A stretch of 63,469 nucleotides of DNA, counting the filler, from Parasitella parasitica NRRL 2501 (lineage: Eukaryota; Fungi; Mucoromycota), in NCBI GenBank assembly GCA_025201805.1. It is 5 parts of 5 records of this genome, joined end to end, with 100 filler letters (N's around TTAATTAATTAA, not from the genome) between each part and the next. Parts side by side here need not be neighbours in the genome. Positions count along the whole stretch, not along the records: positions 1 to 19,291 come from MU619247.1; positions 19,392 to 41,753 come from MU619241.1; 3 more parts are not named here. The stretch is one strand, 5' to 3'. Under the pieces are notes generated by a model. The model did no database searches and had not been told where the DNA came from. It saw nothing but the letters and a program-made list of their open reading frames with translations. Positions 15,312 to 27,047 of this stretch are shown piece by piece (position 1 is the first letter of the stretch; every line of letters starts with the position of its first letter). Made by a program: the position numbers and the translations under genes.

Positions 15312-18300
15312 TCATTGCAACGGTAATTTCCCAATGTGATTTCCAACTTGAACCTACGAAAAATACATGTTAAACAAGCGACATCATTCATATATATATT
15401 TTGCAATACCAATGTTTCCACAGTTCTATCAGAGTTCTCCAACAAATCATGGTCAAAATTCATCTTTCCATTTTCGAATACCACCACTAAAGTAGATCCA
15501 CCAAATGCAAAATAGCCCATTTCATCAGTTCTTTTCACTTCACTGCCAACTTTTGCAGTAATAATGATTGAACCAACCAACATAGCGCCCACACAAACAA
15601 CAGCAACTTTACCAAAGTCTTTGGAGTCCATCCAAACAATTGTGCGGGCATTCTCACCAAACACGTCAATGCTATTCAATATGTTCAATCACAAAATTAT
15701 AATAGGAGCACTGCTGAATCAACTTACGTTGTCCTGATTGCCATTGGATTGACTGTATAGTATTGCCCTGAAATGTGCTTGATTTTTGTAATAATACCGT
15801 CGACTGGCGAATGGAAGCGATGATAGTCCTGAGGTGCTAATCGAAATACAGCAAGAGGACCGCCTTGAAACTCTATTGCGCTGGATGAATCACCCAGCAG
15901 TTTTTCTAGACTAAACTCAATACCCTTGATCCAGAGACGTGTTGCCTCTGAGACTGAGTCAAAAGCTGTCATTCGACTATCAGCAGGACTAACAGCAACA
16001 GTGGAATCTTCAGGCGAATCAGCGGGTCTGCTACCTGGTCGAAGTTTGCGATAGAAAAACTCATTGAATGTCTTGAAACTAGATACGGGTTTCCATACTT
16101 CATGCAATTGAATCTTGTGAAATTTGATAAAGCCAGGTATTTCTCTTGCAGAATTGGGTGAGTCAAAACGTCGACCTTGTTTTAGGGTCAAATTGGTCAA
16201 AATACGTTGAGCTCCTTTTGATTGTATGCTGGTTTTCATGCCTTTGTACACGAGTCGCATGCCTAGTCGGACATAAACGCTCATTTTCTCCTCAATCAAT
16301 TGGCCTGTTCGTCTATCTTGAATGATGATATTGGCATTATCCTTACCAAGCGAATACTTTCCATATCCTACTTTTCGCACGAGTTTTACAAACCACCTGC
16401 AATCAAACGAATGTTTAGTCATTATACGTATTTGATCCATATATGTTCTACTGATACCTTCTTTGAGCATATGCCTCTGTCAAAAAGTTGCCCATCAAGA
16501 AACGGTCCACAGTAGTCCAATCATTGGCAGCACATGTAGCTATATGAGTAATGATATCCATCTGAGATCTTCTCCCAAGATTAGGGCGATGACAGATGGG
16601 ACATTCTTTGAGGCAAACCACTTTTTCTATGGTTTGATGACGATGAGCAGGGTTATTCTGATTTGCTGTGATGCAGTTAGGCGTCGCTGGAAGCTGCTTG
16701 AGCTTGCTATTTTCCTCTTCAATCAGAGCTTCAGCCAAATCAACTTCTTCTTGTTGCATTGCAGGAACAGATGGAGAAGAGTAATCAAACATTTCACGGC
16801 CCAGCATATCAAAAGGCAATTGCTCATCATCGTCAGATGTTATAAGGAGGTTTTCGGTTAATTCATCATCTTCGTCTTCTTCTCGCTCAATACCATTCCA
16901 ATCCTCGTCATTTTCGTCATCCTCATCAATATCATCAGCCTCCTCGTCATCATCCCCCTCGTCATTTATATTACCATCGTTTGATGCCATTCGCATAATA
17001 TTTGTATTAAACTTATCAACATCTTCACCACCTGTTGATGAATACATTGGTCTACCTGCATTGTAGTCGGCCTCAGCTTTCATGTAGTTTTCTAAACTGT
17101 CAACCAGCTGGTCTAACGTAATTTTCTGGTCTGGATCCTTGGGGTCTTTTCCATTATTTGACCAGAATTTGTCTATAGTTGCTTCAGTAATGGTAGATCC
17201 AATTGTTTCCAGCATTGATTGAACTTCTAGTCGACTCAGTGTGTCGGTGTGTTCCGCATCATAAACTTTGGCCAAGGAAAGCCAAAACATTTTACGAATT
17301 TCTTCATAGGGCATGAATTTAGCGCGGATGGTCAATGTGGGGCGCTTGTTCTTCCATTTTTCGGGATTAACCATCTGCAAAGGAAACGTATGACGGTCCA
17401 TCTCCTTTTCAATCATATCTACTTCCTCTTCTTCTTGACCAGCAAACTGCATTTTTTTATGTTGGCCGATGATCTTTTGAATAGGGACTTGGCACCACGC
17501 AACGAGGTCATTGCCTGAAAATTTCTCTCTATCGTACACTGTAAATTTCAAATGGTAGTTGGCTTCGTGATGCCGAACGTGGAAGAATAGCTTCTCGTTC
17601 CACACGGGATTCAGATTGTGTCGCACAGCACTCGTTCGAAATGTGGATGTGCCGTACGAAACCACAACAAAGGGGTCCATATCAAAGCTAGTTCGAGCCA
17701 CTATCCAGAACAAGTTAGTAACAGCCACCCATATACAATTAAAATATTTACAATTTCTCTCGGGTGGCAAGTCTTTTGCGCTGCACACTTCTAGAAATGT
17801 TACACCGAAAACATCCTGATGAAATTTGCCTTCGATACCAAGCTTCTTCTTTGTGCGAGTCAATCGTTTTCGAGGATTTGCGCCTGAAGGAGACTGTGGT
17901 GATGAAGTAGTAGTAGAGCTTTGGAAGCCATCTGCGGATACCCGTCGTAAATGCGTCGTCTGTTTATCAAAATAATCTGTGGGAGTGTTTGTGCTACAAC
18001 TACTGCTTTTCGGCATGTAATTCCCAATTTCTGGAGGCAAAGAAGACGAGGTAGACCTAAATTGAGGTGTAGTTGGGGCAGAGTTTATCATGTTTTTCCG
18101 CTGATAATCCTTGTGCGAGGTAAGCATCTTCCATACGTGCTTAATTCTGTGGTTCTTCGCTTGCAAATGATCTCCTTCGAAGCCCTCCAAGATTAAGCCA
18201 GTTTTGACGTTTATTTCTCCACCCAAAGATTCTGAAAATGCTCTTCTTCTGGGAGTGTTTGATAGTGACAGTTTCCCTTGACTTTGTTTAGAGTGAATGG

Positions 18301-18923
18301 GATGCCAGTTTGACTTCATGATGTTAATTGTTAGTCAGAGGAGAAAAGAGCATAAAAAAATGTCTCACCTACATTGTTATGAATGTCATCATATAGCAGT
18401 GCCGCCTCTTGTTCAGCAGCAGGAAACGGCAAATGAATTTGGCCAAGAAACTGAGACCTGAATTTATCCTTTGAGCACAATGTGATTGTTATACCTTGGC
18501 GCCATTGCTTTCTTTTGGTGATGCTATCAACTGGAATGTTGAATGAACAAGACCAATTTGGCTCGGTCGAACCTTTTATGACATGCGTCCTGTGATTGTA
18601 CTTTAGACATCTCACAATGAAAAACGCATCAATATCCTTCAAGTATATCAAGAATGAATATTTTCATACAGCAGACATCATGAACAATAAAAAATACTTA
18701 CCGAGGCTATTTGTCTTACTTGAACGATTGTTACCTTCAACCTCAAGTGTTTTATCAAACCCTGATCATATTGCAAGGATGAAAATACATCTGCTTTTTT
18801 AGGCTTCGCTTTCTTTTGATGATTTCTGAACAAGATGAACTTCCTGCTGGTAGCTGTTGGCAACGGCATTGATTTTGACAGTTTAGATGTCGAATCGGAT
18901 TCAGTCAGCATATTAGACGGCAT
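15312..18923 (-). CDS. PSD2: Phosphatidylserine decarboxylase 2 (C2 domains, EF-hand-like region, PSD domain)
   Basis: C2 motif MDPFVVVSYG...LNPVWNEKL, FNEFFYRKL, RLAPQDYHRFHSP and the self-cleavage motif GYFAFGGST. The last exon VQVGNHIGKLPLQ-TGA ends at 15312. Confidence 0.93.
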
Positions 18924-19291
18924 TATTGCAAAAAAAAAATTCAAGTTGGATCCCGGATTTCTTCTTTATTATTATGGATATGAGCGCTTTCTTTTATAAT
19001 TTATAGGAAAAGAAAGGAAAAAAAGAAAGAGAAGAAAGAGAAGACAAGATTCGGTATTTTTTTTCTTCGAGGAACCTGCTTTTGTGCAACAGCTAATATA
19101 CTGCCGTACTGCCGTGTCTAAAATCCTGTACGATTAAAGAAGAATTTTATTATATAAAAATAATTAAATGAATGTGGGCACATAGCATTTTTCATCTGCT
19201 GCATTGCCCTAGTCAGATCGCGTAGTTTATATGAAAGAAAAACCTTCCCAAAAGACAAGAAGGGAAAAGAAGAAAGTATAAAAGTATTTAG

Positions 19292-19391
19292 NNNNNNNNN
19301 NNNNNNNNNNNNNNNNNNNNNNNNNNNNNNNNNNNTTAATTAATTAANNNNNNNNNNNNNNNNNNNNNNNNNNNNNNNNNNNNNNNNNNNN
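19292..19391. other. Artificial scaffold linker (N44-TTAATTAATTAA-N44)
   Basis: Six-frame stop spacer centred in a 100-nt block; identical blocks at 41754-41853, 52202-52301 and 58162-58261. Confidence 0.95.
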
Positions 19392-22300
19392 GCAAAGATG
19401 GAACAGAATAGGCTTTCTTACATTCGTCTTAACCAAAGTTGTCTAAGATGTGAACACTATCAAGGGTTAGTAGATGCTGTAAACGCCAATGATTTTAGTG
19501 ATGGTAACAATACAGCAGAGATATTATCTCGCACTGGCATCAAAGTAAGCTTGCCATCATCTTTCATTGGAGGTCCTAGACACATGGCTCAACTTTATCA
19601 GGGTGCCCTAAGTATTGTTAGACGCTTTGGAAAGCCCGACTTCTTCATCACCTTTACCTGAAATCCATCATGGCCAGAGATTTAAAGTAGTCTTCTGTTC
19701 AATCAAAAGGCTTCTGATCGTCCGGATTTATGTACTAGAGTCTTTTATTTAAAGCTTCGTGAGATTATGAATGATTTGACAAAAAAGAATGTTTTGGGAA
19801 AAGCAATTGCATATGTTTATACTATCGAATATCAGAAAAGAGGCCTCCCACATGCACATATTCTTCTCATAGTCGACCCTGCTGATAAGCCGCAAACGGC
19901 TGATGATTACGACAAGATCATTTCTGCCGAGATACCAGATCGAGACAGATATCCTTTAGCTTATGAAACTGTTGTTAAAAATATGATTCATGGACCATGT
20001 GGATTGCTTAATACAGACGCTGCATGCATGGACCCTGTTCTTGGTTGCTGTACAAAAAAATATCCACGAGATTTTACTGAAGAAACATCCACCAATGAAG
20101 GGGGTGGTTATCCAATTTATAGAAGACGAAACAACGGCAGATTTATAACAAAAGTTGTGAACAGACAGACCATTAACATAGATAACAGATGGGTGGTACC
20201 CCATAATCTTTACCTCTGCACCAAATACGATGCTCATATTAATGTGGAGCTATGTTCATCAATTAATAGCATCAAATACGTTTATAAGTATGTTTACAAA
20301 GGGCATGATCGAGCTTCCATGTCAGTCGAACAACAAGATGAAATCAAAGCTTTTATCGATGCTAGATATGTTCCCGCACCAGAAGCGTGCTGGAGACTAT
20401 TTTCATTTAGTATGCACAGAGAATTTCCTGCTCATCAACGACTGGCTATTCATTTGGAGGGTGAAAATCCTGTTTATTTTAATGAAGACGATGACATTAG
20501 CAATGTCATACAAAGATCAATGCTTCAAGAGACAACTCTTACCGCTTGGTTCAAGATCAACCAAACCGATGTAAACGCCAGAGGTATACTATACCCAAAC
20601 TTTCCGGAGCAATACGTGTGGCATGAAGAAAAGAGGCCAAAGGAGTGGGCGCCCAGAAGACGTGGGTTCGGAGGCACGATTGGAAGAATATATGCTGTTT
20701 CGCCAAAGCAATCAGAAAAGTATCATTTAAGAATGCTGTTATATCATGTCCCTGGAGCAACTTCTTTTAGCAATTTGAAAACAGTAAACGGTATACAGTA
20801 CGAAACATTTCAAGAAGCTGCTAGAGCCCTTGGACTTTTAACGTCTGATGAACAATGGGATCAGTGCCTACAAGAAGCAGCGCATTTTCAATCGCCTGCA
20901 TCTCTGCGCAAACTATTTTGCATTATACTGGTATTCTGTGAGCCTGGCAACCCTTATCAGTTATGGGCCAAGTTCAAATATCATTTGTCTGAAGACCATA
21001 TTTACCAGCTTTTAGAAAATAACGCAGTGTTTACTGCTGGAGTGAACAGGCCTACTGCAGAAATTGAAGAAAAAGCATACAATAATAGCATGCTGGATAT
21101 AGAAGACATTTTAGTCACCCAACATGGCTCAAGTTTGAACAACTTCTCAGGTTTTTCTTTACCCACTGTGGATACACGAAGTCAAACCGAAGACACTTCC
21201 ATCAGCCGAATACTCCGTGAGCAGCATAGGCTTAATTCTACAGCACAAGCAAGAGCAAGCACATTCAATATAAACAGCTTCAACTCTGATCAGCGTCATG
21301 TGTATGATGTTATTATGAAAAGCATTGAAGACAATATGTGCGATTCAACTGATCATGCCAGATTGTTTTTTGTTGATGGTCCTGGAGGAACTGGTAAGAC
21401 TTACCTATTCAATGCGATTTTGAATGCAACAAGGTCAGCTCAAGACGGATTTGCTTTATCGGTGGCTTCGAGCGGAACTGCAGCACTACTGTTAGATGGC
21501 GGCAGAACAGCCCATTCAACTTTCAAGATCCCATTGTTTGTTAATTCGCTGACCATGTTTAATATAAAACCCAACTCAGAGCTTGCTGATTTAATCCGGA
21601 ACACCAAATTAATTATTTGAGATGAGTCCTCAATGATCAGTAGAGCAACCTTTGAAGCGTTTGATAGGACATTTCGCGATATATTTGGTAAAACTAACCG
21701 AAATCTGGAGTCAGTTCCGTTTGGTGGTANNNNNNNNNNNNNNNNNNNNNNNNNNNNNNNNNNNNNNNNNNNNNNNNNNNNNNNNNNNNNNNNNNNNNNN
21801 NNNNNNNNNNNNNNNNNNNNNNNNNNNNNNNNNNNNNNNNNNNNNNNNNNNNNNNNNNNNNNNNNNNNNNNNNNNNNNNNNNNNNNNNNNNNNNNNNNNN
21901 NNNNNNNNNNNNNNNNNNNNNNNNNNNNNNNNNNNNNNNNNNNNNNNNNNNNNNNNNNNNNNNNNNNNNNNNNNNNNNNNNNNNNNNNNNNNNNNNNNNN
22001 NNNNNNNNNNNNNNNNNNNNNNNNNNNNNNNNNNNNNNNNNNNNNNNNNNNNNNNNNNNNNNNNNNNNNNNNNNNNNNNNNNNNNNNNNNNNNNNNNNNN
22101 NNNNNNNNNNNNNNNNNNNNNNNNNNNNNNNNNNNNNNNNNNNNNNNNNNNNNNNNNNNNNNNNNNNNNNNNNNNNNNNNNNNNNNNNNNNNNNNNNNNN
22201 NNNNNNNNNNNNNNNNNNNNNNNNNNNNNNNNNNNNNNNNNNNNNNNNNNNNNNNNNNNNNNNNNNNNNNNNNNNNNNNNNNNNNNNNNNNNNNNNNNNN

Positions 22301-22737
22301 NNNNNNNNNNNNNNNNNNNNNNNNNNNNNNNNNNNNNNNNNNNNNNNNNNNNNNNNNNNNNNNNNNNNNNNNNNNNNNNNNNNNNNNNNNNNNNNNNNNN
22401 NNNNNNNNNNNNNNNNNNNNNNNNNNNNNNNNNNNNNNNNNNNNNNNNNNNNNNNNNNNNNNNNGATTCTATACAATTTAAGCGCTGCCAATTTCCTGTC
22501 CGTCTTGCATTCGCTATGACTATCAACAAAGCACAAGGACAAACGCTTGAAAAAATAGGTCTATACCTTCCTAATCCAGTTTTCAGTCATGGCCAATTAT
22601 ATGTTACTTTATCAAGAGTCAAATCCGCTCAATCAATCAAATTATTACTTTCCTCAAAGCAAAGCATTATATCAAAAGAGCTTTCCAAAAATCATACAAG
22701 AAATGTAGTATATACTGAAGTGTTTCAATCTTCTTAA
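19392..22737 (+). mobile_element. Helitron RepHel (HUH endonuclease + PIF1 helicase), degenerate
   Basis: LPSSFIGGPR, GKPDFFITFT, HUH motif IEYQKRGLPHAHIL, KYVYKYVYKGHD, Walker A DGPGGTGKT, FAMTINKAQGQ, HGQLYVTLSRV, C-terminal NVVYTEVF. In-frame stops at 19659, 19683 and 21618; N gap 21730-22463. Confidence 0.95.
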
Positions 22738-23013
22738 ATATATAAAGCAAACTGTGCTATACAAACTGGAACTTTTTATTATTACAAACACAAAGTGCCT
22801 GCTATTAGAATCTGCTCAAGCTGTGGTCAAGAAGGCCATTCGCGTTCTGCGAGCAGGCTTTGCCTCAATAACACCCGTGCTAATACTAGCACTTGCGGGG
22901 GCTGTGGTGTTATAGGCCATCATCGATCTTCTTATCCTCATTGCACTAACAACATTGCTAATCGTATGACTCAAACTTGTTCTTTCATTAAAAACAAGCA
23001 AAAACTTTGTTGA
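22729..23013 (+). mobile_element. Probable 5' end of a second Helitron with a truncated zinc-knuckle ORF
   Basis: A|TCTTCTTAAATATATAAA resembles a Helitron 5' terminus in an AT target. It is followed by two CxxCGxxGHxRxxxxxC repeats with a GTG start at 22795. Confidence 0.5.
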
Positions 23014-23090
23014 GAAAGTAGTGATAGGTATTATGATGAATGTAAAAGACGTTTTTTGGTTTATAGTGATGAAAAATAAAAAACGAACAT

Positions 23091-24689
23091 TTATTTTGTG
23101 AAGTATTTGGAAAATAGCTCTTTTGCTTTTTTGTTCGCGTTGGATATACAAGTTGTCATGGAATCAGCTAACTTTTGTAATTTTTGACTAAGCTCAATGT
23201 TGTTGATAATAGATATTGATTGACCTTGTTCCATATCTAAAATTTGCTTGATTGTTTCTTTTATCTTATTATCGTTCAACTGTACGTATAAACTCCTGAA
23301 AGTCTTCATTTCTACACGAGCATTGGCACCATCTGCTATCACAGCAAGGGCAATACTTTGGAACATCAAAGATAGCTTTTGAGATTGTGAATCTAAACTC
23401 TGGTTGGAGTCATAGTTATACAGTGTCCAAATAGTATACGGCTGGAAAGACATGTCAGTAGAAAGTGAACTAAAAGACCTGCAAAGGGTATATGTAGATA
23501 TACAGTGAAACTTGCTGCGCAGTTGTCTTAATTGCGACAAGTAATCCCATGAATTGATTGAAATCGTCCCTTTGTTTTCGATAATCGTATTGGCAAGCTT
23601 AATAGATTTTTCATTCAAGTAAATCGAAACGTTTTCTTTAGGAAAAAAATTATCAGTGTTGGAGCCTAATTCTACCGCTCCGTTTGTAGTCGCTGCATGA
23701 TTATCGATTCTTAAACTGGAAATAATTAACAAGTTACATGTCAAAAGGCCAATTTTTAGTTTGGTTGTACTGTCATCTTCAACAGCAACGGTTGTAATCC
23801 ATCCGTACTGAGTTTCTTTTTTAGGGAAGGATGACTGGCTTAAGGTTGACTTGGTTCTTCTTTCGAAATGAGCATCAACAATTCGAAGCCTACCATAGGG
23901 CTCCAAGCCATTTACCAATAGTGCTGCATATTCATCTATAATCACTGCTCCAGAAAAAAGTTGTGGAATTGCATATCTGAGTTGTGGAAATTGAATCCAG
24001 TCTTTACTTATCATACTGACGGTAGATTTAGACAGTTCAACATATTTTGTATCCGATAAATGCTTGTAAAATGGTGATGTTTTAATGATGTGGTTCAAAG
24101 CGTTGCTTTGACTTGCTGTTGGAGAGTTATTACTTGATTCTGAATTTTCCAATGGGAGTTCCCAGTTGCCAACTGGTTGGTCCCTAAGTACATCATTGAT
24201 ATTTGTTGCATTTCCTAATAAACAATAATTCCTTCCTGAGTTAGAGGTTAAGGTTATTGGACCCAAATCTGCCAATTCGGCAAGCATAAAACATTTCTTT
24301 TGCTCCCTTTTTGAGAGAGAGAAGGCATTCATGGCTATAAGTGTTGCAGTATCTTTTTCTAAATGTGAGGTAGAAGGAAAAGAACTTGAGCTGTCCGCTT
24401 GTAAATCAATTCTTTCAGTGTCAGGTGCATGGTGATCTAAACTGATTGAGGGAAATTCCTCATTAATATCTTCTGGTTCAGAAAGCCTTTGTTTTTTTCC
24501 AGTATTGCTTATCGATTCGCGGTGTTTTTCAATGTGCCTTTTCAATGTTGTAGGCGTCTTTAGTTTTTTTTCGCATTTTGGACATTGAAATTTGTTACTG
24601 TTCCTCTCAACTGTAATCAATTCTAAAAATAGGAATGTCAAATCTTTGTCTTCTTACTTTAAGCATGTGTTATCTTACCGTCATCAAAA
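23091..24689 (-). CDS. Uncharacterised C2H2 zinc-finger protein (5' end lies in the gap)
   Basis: CPKCEKKLKTPTTLKRHIEKH finger in a ~510-codon open exon. GT-AG intron 24623-24678 joins FDD|ELITVERN in frame. Confidence 0.75.
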
Positions 24690-25004
24690 NNNNNNNNNNN
24701 NNNNNNNNNNNNNNNNNNNNNNNNNNNNNNNNNNNNNNNNNNNNNNNNNNNNNNNNNNNNNNNNNNNNNNNNNNNNNNNNNNNNNNNNNNNNNNNNNNNN
24801 NNNNNNNNNNNNNNNNNNNNNNNNNNNNNNNNNNNNNNNNNNNNNNNNNNNNNNNNNNNNNNNNNNNNNNNNNNNNNNNNNNNNNNNNNNNNNNNNNNNN
24901 NNNNNNNNNNNNNNNNNNNNNNNNNNNNNNNNNNNNNNNNNNNNNNNNNNNNNNNNNNNNNNNNNNNNNNNNNNNNNNNNNNNNNNNNNNNNNNNNNNNN
25001 NNNN

Positions 25005-25476
25005 AAAGTCACAAAGTCAAAGAGAGAAAGTCAGAGAGGAAAAAAGTCAGAGGAAAGTCAGAGGAAAGTCAGAGGAAAAAGTCACAGAGTCAAAGAGAGG
25101 AAAAAAGTCAGCGGAAAGTCAGAGGAATAGTCAGAGGAAAAAGTCACAGAGTCAAAGAGAGGAAAAAAGTCAGAGGAAAAGTCAGAGGAAAAGTCAGAGG
25201 AAAAAGTCACAGAGTCAAAGAGAGGAAAAAAGTCAGAGGAAAAGTCAGAGGAAAAGTCAGAGGAAAAGTCAGAGGAGAGAAAAAGTCAGAGGAAAAGTCA
25301 GAGGAAAAGTCAGAGGAGAGAAAAAGTCAGAGGAAAAGTCAGAGGAAAAGTCAGAGGAGAGAAAAAGTCAGAGAAAAAGTCAGAGGAAAAGTCAGAGGAG
25401 AGAAAAAGTCAGAGAAAAAGTCAGAGGAAAAGTCAGAGGAGAGGAAAAGTCAGAGGAAAAGTCAGAGAAAAAGTCA
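25005..25476 (+). repeat. Purine-rich minisatellite, core AAAAGTCAGAGG with longer variants
   Basis: Dozens of tandem AAAAGTCAGAG(G/A) units, interspersed with AAAAAGTCACAGAGTCAAAGAGAGG. Confidence 0.95.
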
Positions 25477-25527
25477 GTGAGGCAAAATTCTCTAAATTTT
25501 CAATTAAAACCAATATCAAATTTTAAA

Positions 25528-26678
25528 ATGTCTGCAAACAACGAAACTCTTCGTGCCTGGGCCGGCGTTGCCAATGGTAATTTTATCGACACGTCCAGCT
25601 TGACAAGCAACTGTGCTAACATTTCGTCGCTAGGTAAACCTCTTGTTCAAATGGATCTGCCTCTTACAAAGTGGGATGAAAACAGCGTTGAGATTAGGGT
25701 GGCACATTATGGTATCTGCGGTAGTGATGATCATATGCTCTCTGAATCCTGGGGACCTACTCACTATCCCATTTGTGTTGGTTAGTCAACGATGTTGGAT
25801 AAAATCACTGTTAAAAATGTATTAACCATCACTCTTAAGGCCATGAAATAGTTGGAGAAGTGACCAAGGTGGGCTCCAATGTTACAAACTTAAAGGTCGG
25901 CAACAGAGCTGGTATCGGCGCTCAATCAGGCTCTTGCCATCAATGTAAAAATTGCTTAGAGGGCAACGAGAACATTTGTCCCAAGTCGGTTCTTACCTAC
26001 GGTAGCTAATGGCCCTGCGGTACTTGGGCATCTGGCGGTTATGCCGACAAATGGCGCGGAGACTATCGTTTTGCTTTCAAGATCCCTGACAAATTGTCTA
26101 GCCACGTTGCATCCACCTTCTTCTGTGCTGGTATTACTACTTACGCTCCTTTGAAGCGTATCAAGGTTGGCAAGGGCTCTGTTGTTGACGTTATGGGCAT
26201 TGGCGGTCTGGTTCATTATGGCGTCCTTTGGGCCAAGGCACTGGGAGCCAAAACTGTTGGCATGTCTCATAACGATAAGAAGCATGATGTCGCTTTGGAG
26301 CTCGGCTGTGATGACTATATCAACACCAGCAATCCTGAAGACATGGCTAGATAGAACAACACTCTTACTCACATTCTCTGTACTGGCACAAGCCCTGATT
26401 TCCAATGGGCTCCTTATTTTCCACTGCTTGTTGTGAATGGTAACTTCATTAACGTCAGCGCTCCCAACTGGAACTTTCCCTTGCTTTTGCTGCTTAACCA
26501 AATCTATATTCATGGCTCCGCTATTGGATCTCCCGCAGAAATCGAGGACATGCTTACTTTTGCCGAGGAGCACAATATCAAGCCATGGATCGATGTCTAC
26601 CCAATGAAGGACGTCAATAAGGTTCTTGACGACTTTAGAGCCGGCAAGCCTAGATTAAGATATGTCTTGGAAAACTAA
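25528..26678 (+). pseudogene. NADP-dependent (cinnamyl-type, ADH6/7-like) zinc alcohol dehydrogenase pseudogene
   Basis: GICGSD, G|HEIVGEV, CHQCKNC, CAGITTYAPL, GIGGLVH and GKPRLRYVL; two introns retained. In-frame stops at ~26007 (TAA) and 26352 (TAG). Confidence 0.85.
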
Positions 26679-27047
26679 GTTGCTATTTAAAAACAAATAA
26701 AGCATTGACGTTTGAAGATTAAATCCCCCAGACGATGCATTAATACTGAAGAAACCAATCTACACAATGAGCTACTGCAGAGACTCGAGTAGCTGACGTG
26801 CAGTTGCACAGAGGAAGGACCCACGTGAATACCCCTTTTCTGTCTAAGAAGAAAGGCAGAAAGACCCAGGCCTTTTTTTTTTTTTCTTAGGTAACCTCAT
26901 TTCAATGCTATTATATATACTTGTTTATCTGTACGCTTTTATGTTTATTAGACAGGTCATTCTTCTTTTACCTTCCCCTCATCTCTAATTAATATTTCAA
27001 GTCCCTTAAAAGTTTTACATCTCTATTTTTTTTTTCCTTCTGGTACC

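Noticed and set aside
17700-17755. Odd insert CKYFNCIWVAVTNLFWI in the Psd2 C2 domain (similar case in Sec13)
   Set aside because: It is an in-frame, stop-free GT-AG intron read through by the ORF caller.
19659-21620. Stop-codon recoding in the Helitron ORF
   Set aside because: The stops are of mixed type (TGA, TAA) at single-base mutations of C/Q/W-type codons, and host genes use standard stops, so ordinary decay explains them.
21633-22542. ORFs made mostly of X (also near 37.6 kb and 55.8 kb)
   Set aside because: They are translations through N gaps.
25005-25476. CRISPR array or telomere repeat
   Set aside because: There are no unique spacers, the context is eukaryotic, the units are variable in length, and the array is internal to a scaffold.
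24592-25785. Long K/R/S/E-rich ORFs apparently fused to ADH
   Set aside because: They are artefacts of the N gap plus the stop-free minisatellite.
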